This document shows, one piece after another, positions 22,997 through 37,900 of a stretch of DNA of 64,000 bases; position 1 is the first letter of the stretch; each line of letters begins with the position of its first letter. This stretch comes from Eledone cirrhosa (taxonomy: Eukaryota): positions 21,266,001-21,330,000 of the forward strand of contig OZ024753.1 of NCBI GenBank assembly GCA_964016885.1, given 5' to 3'. A program made the position numbers and the translations under genes. Below the pieces are notes generated by a model. That model did not search any database. It saw only the letters and a list, made by a program, of their open reading frames with translations, and was not told the DNA's origin.

Positions 22997-25900
22997 ATGA
23001 GAGACAGTTTGAGACTGGGTTATTAAGACAAGAGCCAGCTTGAGACTGGTCTGTAAAGACAAGAGACAGTTTCTGACTGGTATGTTAAGACAAGATACAG
23101 TCTGAGAGTGGGCTATGATGACAAGAGACAGTCTGAGACTGGTTTGTTAAGACAAGACCCAGACTAAGACAGGTCTGTTAAGATAAGAGACAGTTTGAGA
23201 CTGGTCTGTTAAAACAAGAGACAGTTTGAGACTAGTCTGTTAAGATAAGAGACAGTTTCAGACTGGGCTATTAAGACAGGAGACAGTTTGAGACTGGGCT
23301 ATTAAGATAAGAAACAGTTTGAGACTGGCTTATTAAGACAAGAGACAGTTTGAGACTGGTCTATTAAGATAACAGACATTCTGAGACTGGTCTATTAAGA
23401 CAAGCGACAGTCTGAGACAGGTCTATTAAGAAAAGAGACAGTTTGAGACTTGGCTATTAAGACAAGAGACAATTTGAGGCTGGTCTATTAATACAAGAGA
23501 CAGTTTGAAACTGGTCTATTAAGACAGGAGACCGCCTGAGACTGGTCTGTTAAGTTAAGTGACAGTTGAGACTGGTCTATTAAGACAAGAGACAGTTTCA
23601 TACTGGACTAGTAAGACAAGAGACAGTTTGAGACCGGGCTATTCAGACAAGAGCCAGTGTCAGACTGAGCTATTAAGATAAGAGACAGTTTGAGACTGGG
23701 TTATTAAAACAAGAGTCTGTTTGAGATTGGTCTGTTAAGTCAAGAGCCAGCTTGAGACTGGTCTGTTAAGACAAGAGCCAATATGAGACTGGTCTCTTAA
23801 GACAAGACCCAGACTGAGACAAGTCTGTTTAAGATAAGAGACATTCTGAGAATGGTCGGTTAAGATAAGAGACAGTTTGAGACAGGGTTATTAGGACAAG
23901 AGGCAGTCTGGGACTGGTTTATTTAAGTAAGAGACAGATTGAGACTGGATTATTAACACAAGAGCCAGTGTGACACTGGGCTATTAAGATAAGAGACAGT
24001 TTGAGACTGGTCTGTTAAGATAGGAGACAGTCTGAGACAGGTATGTTAAAACAAGAGACAGTATGAGACTGGTTTTTCAAGATAAGAGACAGCTTGAGAC
24101 TGGGTTATTAAGACAAGAGCCAGCTGGAGACTCCTATGTTAAGACAAGAGACAGTTTGAGACTGGTATGTTAAGACAAGATACAGTCTGAGACCGGGCTA
24201 TTAAGGCAAGAGACAGTCTGTGACTGGTCTGTTAAGTCAAGAGACAATTTGAGTCTGGTCTATTTAGATAACAGACATTCTGAGACTGGTCTATTAAGAC
24301 AAGAGACTGTCTGAGACTGGTCTATTAAGACAAGAGTCAGTTTGAGACTGGTCTGTTAAGATTAGAGCCAGTTTGAGACTGGGCTATTAAGATAAGAGCC
24401 AGTTTGAAACTGGTCTATTAAGATAAGAGACAGTCTGAGACTGGTCTGTTAAAATAAGAGATAGTTTGAGACTGGGTTATTCAGACAGGATACAGTCTCA
24501 GACGGGGCTTCTAAGACAAGAGACAGTCTGCGACTGGTCTTTTAGGTCAAGAGACAGTGTGAGACTGGGCTATTAAGACAAGAGACAGTTTGAGACTGGT
24601 CTGTTAAGGTAAGAGACACTTTTAGACTGGTCTATTAAGAAGAGAGACAAATAGAGACTGGTCTGATAAGATAAGAGCCAATCTGAGAATGGTTTGTTAA
24701 GATAAGAGACAGTCTGAGAATCGTTTGTTAAGATAAGAGACAGTCTAAGACAGGTCTGTTAAGATAAGAGACAGTCTAAGACAGGTCTGTTAAGATAAGA
24801 GACAGTCTAAGACAGGTCTGTTAAGATAACAGACAGTATGAGACTGGTCTGTTAAGATGAGAGACAGTTTGAGACTGGGTTATTAAGACAAGAGCCAGCT
24901 TGAGACTGGTCTGTAAAGACAAGAGACAGTTTGAGACTGGTATGTTAAGACAAGATACAGTTTGAGACTGGGCTATGATGACAAGAGACAGTCTGAGACT
25001 GGTTTGTTAAGACAAGATCAGACTAAGACAGGTCTGTCAAGATAAGAGACAGTTTGAGACTGGTCTGTTAAAGCAAGGGACAATTTGAGACTAGTCTGTT
25101 AAGATAAGAGACAGTTTCAGACTGGGCTATTAAGACAGGAGACAGTTTGAGACTGGGCTATTAAGATAAGAAACAGTTTGAGACTGGTCTATTAAGATAA
25201 CAGACATTCTGAGACTGGTCTATTAAGACAAGTGACAGTCTGAGACTGGTTTATTAAGAAAAGAGACAGTTTGAGACTTGGCTATTAAGACAAGAGACAA
25301 TTTGAGGCTGGTCTATTAATACAAGAGACAGTTTGAAACTGGTCTATTAAGACAGGAGACCGCCTGAGACTGGTCTGTTAAGTTAAGTGACAGTTGAGAC
25401 TGGTCTATTAATACAAGAGACAGTTTGAGACTGGACTAGTAAGACAAGAGACAGCTTGAGACTGGTCTCTTCAGATAAGATCCAGTTTGTGACTGATCTG
25501 TTTAGATAAGAGACAGTTTGAGACTGGGCTATTAAGACAAGAGACAGTCTGAGACTGGGTTATTAAGACAAGAGACAGTTTGAGACAGGCTTTTAAAACA
25601 AGAGATTGTTTGCGACTGGGTTATTAAGATAACAGACATTCTGAGACTGGTCTATTAAGACAAGAGACAGTTTGAGACTGGTCTGTTAAGATTAGAGCCA
25701 GTTTCAGACTGGGCTATTCAGATAAGAGACTGTTTGAGACTAGGCTATTAAGACAAGAGCCAGTTTGAGACTGGGTTATTAAGATAAGAGACAGTCTGAG
25801 ACAGGGATATTTAGATAAGAGCCAGTTTGAGACTGGTCTGTTAAAACATGTCCCAGACTGAGACAGGTCTGTTAAGATAAGAGACAGTCTGAGACTGATC

Positions 25901-28900
25901 TGTTCAGATAAGAGACAGTTCGAGACCGGGTAATTAAGACAAGAGTCAGTCTGAGTGAGACTGGATTATTAAGACATGAGCCAGTGTGAGACTGTGCTAT
26001 TAAGATAAGAGCCAGTTTCAAACTGGTCTATTAAGTAGAGAGAAAAATTGAGACTGGTCTGATAGGATAAGAGCCAGTGTGAGACTGGGTTATTATGACA
26101 AGAGTCAGTTTGAGACTGGTCTGTTAAGGTAGGAGTCAGTTTGAGACTGGTCTGTTAAAACAAGACCCAGATTGAGACAAGTCTTTTAAAACAAGAGACA
26201 ATTTGAGACTGGTCTGTTAAGACAAGAGCCAGTTTGAGACTGGGCTATTAAGACAAGGGACAGTTTGAGACTGGTCTATTAAGAAGAGAGTAAGATTGTT
26301 ACGGGTCTGTTAAAATAAGAGCCAGATTGAGACTGGGTTATTAAAACACGAGACAGTTTAAGACTGGTCTGTTAAGATATGAGTAAGTTTGCGACTGGAT
26401 TATTAAGATAACAGACATTCTGAGACTGGGTTATTAACATAAGAGCCAGTCTGAGACTGGGCTATTAAGATAAGAGACAGTTTGAGACCAAGTTATTAGG
26501 ACAAGAGACAGTCTGGGACTGATTTATTTAAGTAAGAGACAGATTGAGACTGGATTATTAAGACAAGAGCCAGTGTGAGATTGGGCTATTAAAATAAGGG
26601 ACAGTTTGAGACTGGTCTATTAAGAATAAAGACACATATAGACTGGTCTGATAAGATAAGAGCCAATCAGAATGGTTTGTTAAGATAAGAGACAGTCTGA
26701 TAATCGTTTGTTAAGATAAGAGACAGTCTAAGACAGGTCTGTTAAGATAAGAGACAGTCTGATAATCGTTTGTTAAGATAAGAGACAGTCTAAGACAGGT
26801 CTGTTAAGATAAGAGACAGTCTAAGACAGGTCTGTTAAGATAAGAGACAGTATGAGACTGGTCTGTTAAGATGAGAGACAGTTTGAGTCTGGGTTATTAA
26901 GACAAGAGCCAGCTTGAGACTGGTCTGTAAAGACAAGAGACAGTTTGAGACTGGTATGTTAAGACAAGATACAGTCTGAGACTGGGCTATGATGACAAGA
27001 GACAGTCTGAGACTGGTTTGTTAAGACAAGACCCAGACTAAGACAGGTCTGTTAAGATAAGAGACAGTTTGAGACTGGTCTGTTAAAACAAGAGACAATT
27101 TGAGACTCGTCTGTTAAGATAAGAGAAAGTTTCAGACTGGGCTATTAAGACAGGAGACAGTTTGTGACTGGGCTATTAAGATAAGAAACAGTTTGAGACT
27201 GGTGTATTAAGACAAGAGACAATTTGAGGCTGGTCTATTAATACAAGAGACAGTTTGAAACTTGTCTATTAAGACGGGAGACCATCTGAGACTGTTCTGT
27301 TAAGTGACAGTTGAGACTGGTCTATTAAGACATGAGACAGTTTGAGACTGGACTAGTAAGACAAGAGACAGTTTGAGACCGGGCTTTTAAGACAAGAGAT
27401 AGCTTGAGACTGCTCGGTTAAGATAAGATCCAGTTTGTGACTGATCTGTTTAGATAAGAGACAATTTGAGACTGGGCTATTAAAAAAATAGACAGTCTGA
27501 GACAGGGATATTTAGATAAGAGCAAGTTTGAGACTGGTCTGTTAAAACATGTCCCAGACTGAGACAGGTCTGTTAAGATAAGAGACAGTCTGAAACTGAT
27601 CTGTTCAGATAAGAGACAGTTTGAGACTGGGTAATTAAGACAAGAGTCAGTCTGTGTGAGACTGGATTATTAAGATAGGAGCCTAGTGAGAGACTGTGCT
27701 ATTAAGATAAGAGCCAGTTTCAAACTGGTCTATTAAGTAGAGAGACAAATTGAGACTGGTCTGATAGGATGAGACCCAGTGTGAGAATGGGTTATTAAGA
27801 CAAGAGCCATTTTTAGACTGGTCTGTTAAGGTAGGAGTCAGTTTGAGACAGGTCTGTTAAGACAAGACCCAGTAGAGACAGGTCTTTTAAAACAAGAGAC
27901 AATTTGAGACTGGTCTGTTAAGACAAGAGCCAGTTTGAGACTGGGCTATTAAGACAAGAGACAGTCTGAGACAGGGTTATTAAGTCAAGAGTCAGTCTGA
28001 GTGAGACTGGCTTATTATGACAAGAGCAAGTTTGAGACTGGGCTATTAAGATAGGAGACAGTTTGAGACTGGTCTATTAAGAAGAGAGAAAGATTGTGAC
28101 GCGTCTGTTAAAATAAGAGTCAGTTTGAGACTGGGTTATTAAGACACGAGACAGTTAAAGACTGGTCTGTTGAGATAGGAGTCAGTTTGGACTGGGTTAT
28201 TAAGATAACAGACATTCTGAAACTGGTCTATTAAGAAAAGAAACAGTCTAAGACTGGTATATTAAGACAAGAGACAGTTTGGGACTAGCCTATTAAGGTA
28301 AGAGCCAGTTTGAGACTGGTCTATTAAGATAAGAGACAGTTTGAGACTGGTCTCTTAAGAGACGAGAGAGAGTTTGAGACTTGTCTGTTAAGACAAAAGA
28401 CAGTCTCAGACTAGGCTATTAAGACAAGAGGCAGTGTGATACTGGTCCGTTAAGACAAAAGACAGTTTGAGACTGGGCTATTAAGACATGAGAGAGTCTG
28501 AGAGAGGGTTATTAAGACAAGAGCCATTTTGAGACTGGTCTGTTAAGACAAGACTCAGACTGAGACAGTTGTGTTAAGATAAGAGTCAGTCTGAGACTGG
28601 TCTATTAAGAAGAGAGACAGATTGCGACTGGTCTGATAAGATAAGAGCCAGTGTAAGACTGGATTATTAAAACAAGAGCCAGCTTAAGACTGGTCTGTTA
28701 AGACAAGAGACAGTTTGAGACTGTGTTAGTAAGAGAAGAGCCAGTTTGAGACTGGTCTGTTAAGACAAAACCCACACTGAGACAGGTCTGTTAAGATAAG
28801 AGACAGTTTGAGACTGGTCTGTTAAGATAAGAGCCAGTTTGAGACAGGGCTACTAAGATACGAGACAGTTTGAGACTGGTCCATTAAGACAAGAGACAGT

Positions 28901-31900
28901 TTGAGACTGGGTTATTAAGAGAAGAGCCAGTCTGCGACTGGTCTGTTAAGATTTGAGTCCGGGTTATCAAGACAAGAGACAGTCTGAGTCTGGTCAATTA
29001 ATGTAAGAGACAGCTTGAGACTGGTTTAATAAGACAGGAGCCTTTATGAGACTGGTCTATTAAGATAAGAGACAGTGTGAGACTGGTCTCTTAAGACAAG
29101 AGAGAGTTTGAGACTGTTATGTTAAGACAAATGACAGTCTCAGACTGGGCTATTAAGACAAGAGTCAGTCTGAGACTGGGCTATGAAGACAAGAGCCATT
29201 TTGAGACTGGTCTCTTAAGACAAGACCCAGACTGAGACAGGTCTTTTAAGATAAGAGTCAGTCTGAGACCGGTCTATTAAGGATAGAGGCAGATTGATAC
29301 TGGTCTGATAAGATAAGAGCCAGTGTGAGACTGGGTTATTAAGACAAGAGCCAGCTTAAGACTGGTCTGTTAAGACAAGAGACAGTTTGAGACTGGGCTA
29401 TGAAGACAAGAGACAGTTTGAAACTGGGTTATTAACATATGAGCCAATCTGAGACTGGTCTGTTAAGATAAGAGACAGTTTGAAACCGGGTTATTAGGAC
29501 AAGAGACAGGCTGAGACTGGTCTATTAAGGTAAGCGACAGATTGAGACTGGATTATTAAGACAAGAGCCAGTTTGAGACTGGGCTATTAAGATAAGAGAC
29601 AGTTGTGGACTGGTCTATTAAGAAGTTAGACAGATTGAGACTGGTCTGATATTATAAGAGCCAGTTTGAGACTGGGTTATTAAGACAAGAGACAGTTTCA
29701 GGCTGGTCTGTTAAGATACTAGCCAGTTTGAGCCTGATCTTTATAGATAAGATCCAGTTTGAGACTGGTCTGTTAACATAAGAGACAGGTTGAGAATGTG
29801 CTATTAACACAATAGCCAGTCTGGAACAGGGATATTCAGACAAGGGACAGTTTGAGACTGGTCTATTAAGACAAGAGAAAGTTTGAGACTGGGCTATTAA
29901 GAGAAGAGCCAGTTTGAGACTTGTCTGTTAAGATAAGAGACAGTTTGAGACCGGGTCATTAAGACTAGACACAGTCTGAGACTGGTCTATTAATGTAAGA
30001 GACAGCTTTAGACTGGTTTATTAAGATAAGAGCCAGTTTGAGACTGGTCTATTAAGATAAGAGACAGTTTGACTCTGGGCTATTAAGATAGCAGGCAGTC
30101 TGAGACTGTTCTGTTTAGACAAGAGACAGTTTAAGACCGGTCTATTAAGACAAGAGCCAGTTTGAGACTGATCTATTAAGACAAGAGACAGTTTGAAACT
30201 GGTCTGTTAAGACAAAAGCCAGTTTGAGACTGGGTTATTAAGACAAGAGACAGTTTGAGACTAGTCTGTTAAGATAAGAGTCAGTTTGAGACTGGGTTAT
30301 AAAGAGAAGAGACAGACTGAGACTGGGCTATTAAGACAAGCAGCAGTTGTAGACTTGTCTGTTAAGATAAGAGGCAGTTTGAGACTGATCTGTTTAGATA
30401 AGAGACAGTTATGAGACAATTTGAGACTGGTCTATTAAGAAGTGAGACAGATTGAGACTGGGTTATTAAGACAAGAGACAGTTTGAGACTGGTCTGTTTA
30501 GATAAGATCCAGTTTGAGACTGAGCCATTAAGATACGAGAAAGTTCGAGACTGGTCCATTAAGACAAGAGACAGTTTGAGACTGGGTTATTAAGACAAGA
30601 GACAGTCTGAGACAGGTCTATTAATGTAAGAGACAGCTTGAGACTGGTTTATTAAGACAAGAGCCTTTTTGAGACTGGTCTATTAGAAGAACAGACAGTT
30701 CGAGACTGGGCTATTAAGATAAGAGAGAGTTTGAGTCTGGTCTATTAAGTCAAGAAACAGTCTGAGACTGGTCTGTTAAGAGAAGAGACAGTTTCAGACT
30801 GGTCTATTAAGCCAAGAGCCAGTTTGAGACTGGGTTATTAAGACAAGGGACAGTTTGGGACTGGCCTATTAAGATAAGAGACAGTTTGAGACTGGTCTCT
30901 TAAGAGACGAGAGTTTGAGACTTGTCTGTTAAGACGAGAGACAGTTTAAGACCGGTCTATTAAGACAAGAGCCAGTTTGAGACTGATCTATTAAGACAAG
31001 AGACAGTTTGTATCTGGTCTGTTAAGATAAAAGCCAGATTGAGACTGGGTTATTAAGATAGAGACAGTTTGAGACTAGTCTGTTAAGATAAGAGTCAGTT
31101 TGAGACTGGGCTATTAAGACAAGCAGCAGTTGGAGACTGGTCTGTTAAGATAAGAGGCAGTTTGAGACTGATCCGTTTAGATAAGAGACAGTTAAGAGAC
31201 AGTTTGAGACTGGGCTATTAAGACATGAGAGAGTCCGAGACAGGGTTATTAAGACAAGAGCCATTTTAAGACTGGTCTGTTAAGACAAGACCCAGACTGA
31301 GACAGGTGTGTCAAGATAAGCGTCAGTCTGAGACTGGTCTATTAAGAAGAGAGACAGATTGCGACTGGTCTGATAAGATAAGAGCCAGTGTGAGACTGGG
31401 TTATTAAGACAAGAGCCAGCTTAAGACTGGTCTGTTAAGACAAGAGACAGTTTGAGACAGGGTTATTAAGAGAAGAGCCAATTTGAGACTGGTCTGTTAA
31501 GACAAGACCCACACTGAGACAGGTCTGTTAAGATAAGAGACAGTTTGAGACTGGTCTTTTAAGATAAGAGACAGTTTGAGACTGGGCTATTAAGGTAAGA
31601 GACAGATTGAGACTGGATTATTAAGACAAGAGCCAGTTTGAGACTGGGCTATTAAGATAAGAGACAGTTTGAGACTGGTCTATTAAGTAGTGAGACAGAT
31701 TGAGACTGGTCTGATAAGTTAAGAGCCAGTTTGAGACTGGTATATTAAGACAAGAGACAGTTTCAGACTGATCTGTCATGATACTAGACAGTTTGAGCCT
31801 GATCTGTTTAGATAAGATCCAGTTTGAGACTGGTCTGTTAACATAAGAGAGAGGTTGAGAATGTGCTATTAACACAGGAGCCAGCCTGGGACAGGGATAT

Positions 31901-34900
31901 TCAGACAAGAGACAGTTTGAGACTGGTCTATTGAGACAAGAGACAGTTTGAGACTGGGCTATTAAGAGAAGAGCCAGTTTGAGACTGGTCTGTTAAGATG
32001 AGAGACGGTTTGAGACCGGGTTATTAAGACTAGACACAGTCTGAGACTGGTCTATTAAGATAAGAGACAGTTTGACTCTGGGCTATTAAGATAGGAGACA
32101 GTCTGAGACTGTTCTGTTAAGACAAGAGACAGTTTAAGACCGGTCTATTAAGACAATAACCAGTTTGAGACTGATCTATTAAGACAAGAGACAGTTTGAA
32201 ACTGGTCTGTTAAAATTAAAGCCAGTTTGAGACTGGGTTATTAAGATAAGAGACAGTTTGAGACTAGTCTGTTAAGATAAGAGTCAGTTTGAGACTGGGT
32301 TATTAAGACAAGAGTCAGTCTCAGTGAGACTGGCTTATTAAGACAAGAGCCAGTGTGAGACTGGTCTATTAAGTAGAGAGACAAATTGAGACTGGTCTAA
32401 TAGGATAAGAGCCAGTGTGAGACTGGGTTATTAAGACAAGAGCCAGTTTTAGACTGGTCTGTTAAAGTAGGAGTCAACTTGAGACTGGTCTGTTAAGACA
32501 AGACCCAGACTGAGACAGGTCTTTTAAAACAAGAGACAATTTAAGACTGGTCTGTTAAGATGAGAGACAGTTTGAGACTGGGCTATTAAGACAAGAGACA
32601 GTTTGAGACAGGATTATTAAGATAAGAGTCAGTCTGAGTGAGACTGGTTTATTATGACAAGAGCAAGTTTGAGACTGGGTGATTAAGATAGGAGACAGTT
32701 TGAGACTGGTATATTAAGAGGAGAGAAAGATTGTGACGGGTCTGTTAAAATAAGAGCCAGGTTGACACAGGGTTATTAAGACACGGGACAGTTTAAGACT
32801 GGTCTGTTAAGATATGAGTCAGTTTGCGACTGGGTTATTAAGATAACAGACATTCTGAGACTGGTCTATTAAGAAAGGAAACAGTATAAGACTGGTCTAT
32901 TAAAACAAGAGACAGTTTGAGACTGGTCTGTTAAGATAAAACCCACACTGAGACAGGTCTGTTAAGATAAGAGACAGTTTGAGACTGGTCTTTTAAGATA
33001 AGCGACAGTTTGAGACTGTTTGAGACTTTTAAGATAAGAGACAGTTTGAGACTGTTTGAGACTAGACTGGTCTGTTAAGATAAGAGACAGTTTGAGACCG
33101 GATTATTAGGACAAGAGACAGATTGAGACTGGATTATTAAGACAAGAGCCAGTTTGAGACTGAGCTATTAAGATAAGAGACAGTTTGAGACTGGTCTATT
33201 ATGAAGTGAAAGAGATTGAGACTGGGTTATTAAGACATGAGACAGTTTGAGACTGGTCTGTTAAGATACTAGACAGTTTGAGTCTGATCTGTTTAGATAA
33301 GAGCCAGTGTGAGACTGGGTTATTAAGACAAGGGCCAGCTTAAGACTGGTCTGTTAAAACAAGTGACAGTTTGAGACAGGGTTATTAAGAGAAGAGCCAG
33401 TTTGAGACTGGTCTGTTAAGACAAGACCCACACTGAGACAGGTCTGTTAAGATAAGAGACAGTTTGAGACTGGATTATTTAAACAAGAGCCAGTTTGAGA
33501 CTGGGCTATTAAGATAAGAGACAGTTTGAGACTGGTCTATTAAGAAGTGAGACAGATTGACACTGGTCTGATAAGATAAGAGCCAGTTTGAGAGTGGGCT
33601 ATTAAGACAAGAGACAGTTTGAGACTGGTCTGTTAAGATACGAGACAGTTTGAGCCTGATCTGTTTAGATAAGATCTAGTTTGAGACTGGTCTGTTACCA
33701 TAAGAGACAGGTTTAGAATGTGCTATTAACACAGGAGCTAGTCTGGGACAGGGACATTCAGACAAGAGATGGTTTGAGACTGGTCTATTAAGACAAGAGC
33801 CAGTTTGACACTGATCTATTAAGACAAGAGACAGTTTGAAACTGGTCTGTTAAGATAAAAACCAGTTTGAGACTGGGTTATTAAGATAAGAGACAGTTTG
33901 AGACTAGTCTGTTAAGATAAGAGTCAGTTTGAGACTGGGTTATTAAGAGAAGAGACAGTTTGAGACTGGGCTATTAAGACAAGCAGCAGTTGGAGACTGG
34001 TCTGTTAAGATAAGAGGCGGTGTGAGACTGATCCATTTAGATAAGAGACAGTTAAGAGACAGTTTGAGACTGGTCTATTAAGATAAGAGACAGTTTGAGA
34101 CTGGTCTATTAACACAAAACACACTCTGGGAGAGGGATATTCAGACGAGAGACAGTTTGAGATGGGTCTATTAAGGCATGTGACAGTCTAAGACTGGGCT
34201 ATTAAGACAAGAGACAGTTTGAGACTGGGCCATTAAGATACGAGAAAGTTTGAGACAGGTCCATTAAGACAAGAGACAGTTTGAGACTGGGTTATTAAGA
34301 GAAGAGCCAGTCTGAGACTGGTATGTTAAGATAAGAGACAGTTTGAGACCGGGTTATTAGGACAAGAGACAGTCTGAGACCGGTCTATTAGGGTAAGAGA
34401 CAGATTGAGACTGGGCTATTAAGACAAGAGCCAGTTTGAGACTGAGCTATTAAGACAAGAGACAGTTTCAGACTGGTCTGTTAAGACAAGAGACAGTTTA
34501 AGACTGCTCTATTAAGCCAAGAGCCAGTTTGAGACTGGGTTATTAAGACAAGAGACAGTTTGGGACTGGCCTATTAAGGTAAGAGCCAGTTTGAGACTGG
34601 TCTATTAAGATAGGAGACAGTTTGAGACTGGTCTCTTAAGAGACGAGAGAGATTGAGACTGGTCTGTTAAGACAAAAGACAGTCTCAGACTAGGCTATTA
34701 AGACAGGAGACAGTGTGAGACTAGTCTGTTAAGACAAAAGAAAGTTTGAGACTGGGCTATTAAGACATGAGAGAGTCTGAGACAGGATTATTAAGACAAG
34801 AGCCATTTTGAGACTGGTCTGTTAAGACAAGACCCAGACTGAGACAGGTGTGTTAAGATAAGAGTCAGTCTAAGACTGGCCTATTAAGAAGAGAGACAGA

Positions 34901-37900
34901 TTGCGACTGGTCTGATAAGATAAGAGCCAGTGTGAGACTGGGTTATTAAGACAAGAGCCAGCTTAAGACTGGTCTGTTAAGACAAGAGACAGTTTGAGAC
35001 AGGGTTATTAAGAGAAGAGCCAGTTTGAGACTGGTCTTTAAGACAAGAGCCACACTGAGACAGGTCTGTTAAGATAAGAGACAGTTTGAGACTGGTCTTT
35101 TAAAATAGGAGACAGTTTGAGACTGGATTATTAAGACAAGAGCCAGTTTGAGACTGGGCTATTAAGATAAGAGACAGTTTGAGACTGGTCTATTAAGAAG
35201 TGAGACAGATTGAGACTGGTCTGATAAGATAAGAGCCAGTTCGAGACTGCGTTATTAAGACAAGAGACAGTTTCAGGCTGGTCTGTTAAGATACTAGACA
35301 GTTTGAGCCTGATCTGTTTAGATAAGATCCAGTTTGAGACTGGTCTGTTAACATAAGAGACATGTTGAGAATATGCTATTAATACAAGAGCCAGTCTGGG
35401 ACAGGGATATTCAGACAAGAGACAGTTTGAGACTGGTCTATTAAGACAAGAGACAGTTTGAGACTGGGCTATTAAGAGAAGAGCCATTTTGAGACTGGTC
35501 TGTTAAGATAAGAGACAGTTTGAGACCGGGTTATTAAGACTAGACACAGTCTGAGACTAGTCTATTAATGTAAGAGACAGCTTGAGACAGGTTTTTTAAG
35601 ATAAGATCAAGTTTGAGACTGGTCTCTTAAGATAAGAGACAGTTTGTCTCTGGGCTATTAAGATAGGAGACAGTCTGAGACTGGTCTATTAAGACAATAG
35701 CCAGTTTGAGACTGATCTATTAAGACAAGAGACAGTTTGAGACTAGTCTGTTAAGATAAGAGTCAGTTTGAGACTCGGTTATTAAGATAAGAGATATTGA
35801 AACTGGTCCATTAAGACAAGAAACAGTCTGAGACTGGTCTCTTAAGACAAGAGAGAGTTTGAGACTGGTCTATTATGACAAATGCGAGTTTGCGACTGGG
35901 CTATTAAGTCAAGAGACAGTCTGAGACTGGGCTATTAAGACAGGAGAAGTTTTGCGACTGGTCTGTTAAGACAAGGGATAGTTTGAGACTGGTCTATAAA
36001 GATAAGAGACAGTTTGAGACTGGTATGTTAAGACAAGAGACAGTCTGAGACTGGGCTATTAAAACAAGAGACAGTCTGCGACTGGTCTGTTAAGGCAAGA
36101 GAGAGTTTGAGACTGGTCTAATAAGAAAAGAGCCAGTTTGAGACTGGTCTGTTAGGACAAGACCCAGACTGAGACAGGTCTGTTAGGATAAGAGTCAGTT
36201 TGAGACTGGTCTGTTAAGATAAGGGACAGTTTGAGACTGGTCTGTTAAAACAAGGGTCAGTTTGAGACTGGGTTCTTAAGACAAGAGCCAGTTTGAGACT
36301 GGTCTTTTAAGACCAGAGACAGTTTAAGACTGTTCTATTAAGACAAGAGACAGTCTGTGACTCGGTTTTTAAGGCAAGTTCCAGTTTGATACTATTAAGA
36401 CAAGAAATAGTTTGATACTATTAAGACAAGAAATATTTTGCGACTGAATTATTAAGATAACATACATTCTGAGGCTGGTCTGTTAAAACGATAGACAGTT
36501 TTAGACTTGGCTATTAAGACAAGAGACAGTTTGAGACTGGTCTATTAAGATAAGAGACAGTCTGAGACTGGTCTGTGAAAATAAGAGATGGTTTGAGATT
36601 AGAGCCAACTTGAGACTTGTCTGTTAAGACAAGAGGCAGTTTGAGACTGGTGTGTTAAGACAAGATACAGACTGAGACTGGGCTGTTAAGACAATAGACT
36701 GTTTGAGACTGCTCTGTTAAGATAAGAGCCAGTTTGGGACTGGCTTATAAAGACAAGAGACAGTTTCAGTCTGGTCTGTTACGATATGAGTCACGTTGAG
36801 AATGAGTTATTAAAAAAAGAGATAATTTGAGATTGGTGTGTTAAGACAAGAGCCAGTTTGAGACTGGTCTGTTAAGACAAGACCTAGACTGAGACAGGTC
36901 TGTTAAAATAAGAGACAGTTTGAGACTGGTCTGTTAAGATAAGAGACAGTATGAGACTGGTCTATTAAGATAAAAGACAAGAGCCAGCTTGAGACTGGTC
37001 GGTTGAGACAAGAGACAGTTTGAGACTGGTATGTTAAGACAAGGTACAGTCTCAGGCTGGGCTATTAAGACAAGAAACAGTCTGCGACTGGTCTGCGACT
37101 GGTCTGTTAAGTCAAGGGACAGTTTGAGACTGGTCTATTAAGACATGAGACAATCTGAGACTGGGCTATGAAGACAAGAGACAGTTTGAGACTGGGTTAT
37201 TAAGACAAAAGACAGTCTGAGCCTGGGCTATTAAAACAAGAGACCGTCTGAGACTGGTCTGTTAAGACAAGAGACAGTTTGAGACTGGGCTATTAAGACA
37301 ACATTCAGTATGAGACTGTGATATTAAGACAAGAGACACTCTGAGACTGGGTTATTTAGACAAGAGCCAGTTTGAGACTGGTCTGTTAAGACAAGACCCT
37401 GACTGAGACAGGTCTGTTAAGATAAGAGACAGTCTGATACTGGTCTTTTAAGATAAGAGACAGTTTGAGACTTTGAGTCTGGGTTATTAACATAAGAGCC
37501 AGTCTGAGACTGGTCTGCTAAGATAAGAGACAGTTTGAGACCGGGTTATTAAGATGAGAGACAGTTTGAGACTGGGCTATTAAGACAGGAGACAGTTTCT
37601 GACTGGTCTATTAAGACAAGAGTCAGTTTGCGACTGGTCTGTTAAGACAAGAGACCGTTTGAAACTGGTCTATTAAGGCAGGAGACCGTCTGAGGCTGGT
37701 CTGTTAAGATAAGTCACAGTTGAGACTGGGCTATTAAGACAAGAGCCATTTGAGACTGGGCTATTATGACAAGAGACAGTTTGAGACCGGGCTATTAAGA
37801 CAAGAGACAGTCTGAGACTGGTCTGTTAATATCAGAGCCAGTTTGAGACTGATCTGTTTAGATAAGAGCCAGTTTGAGACTGGTCTATTAAGATAAGAGA

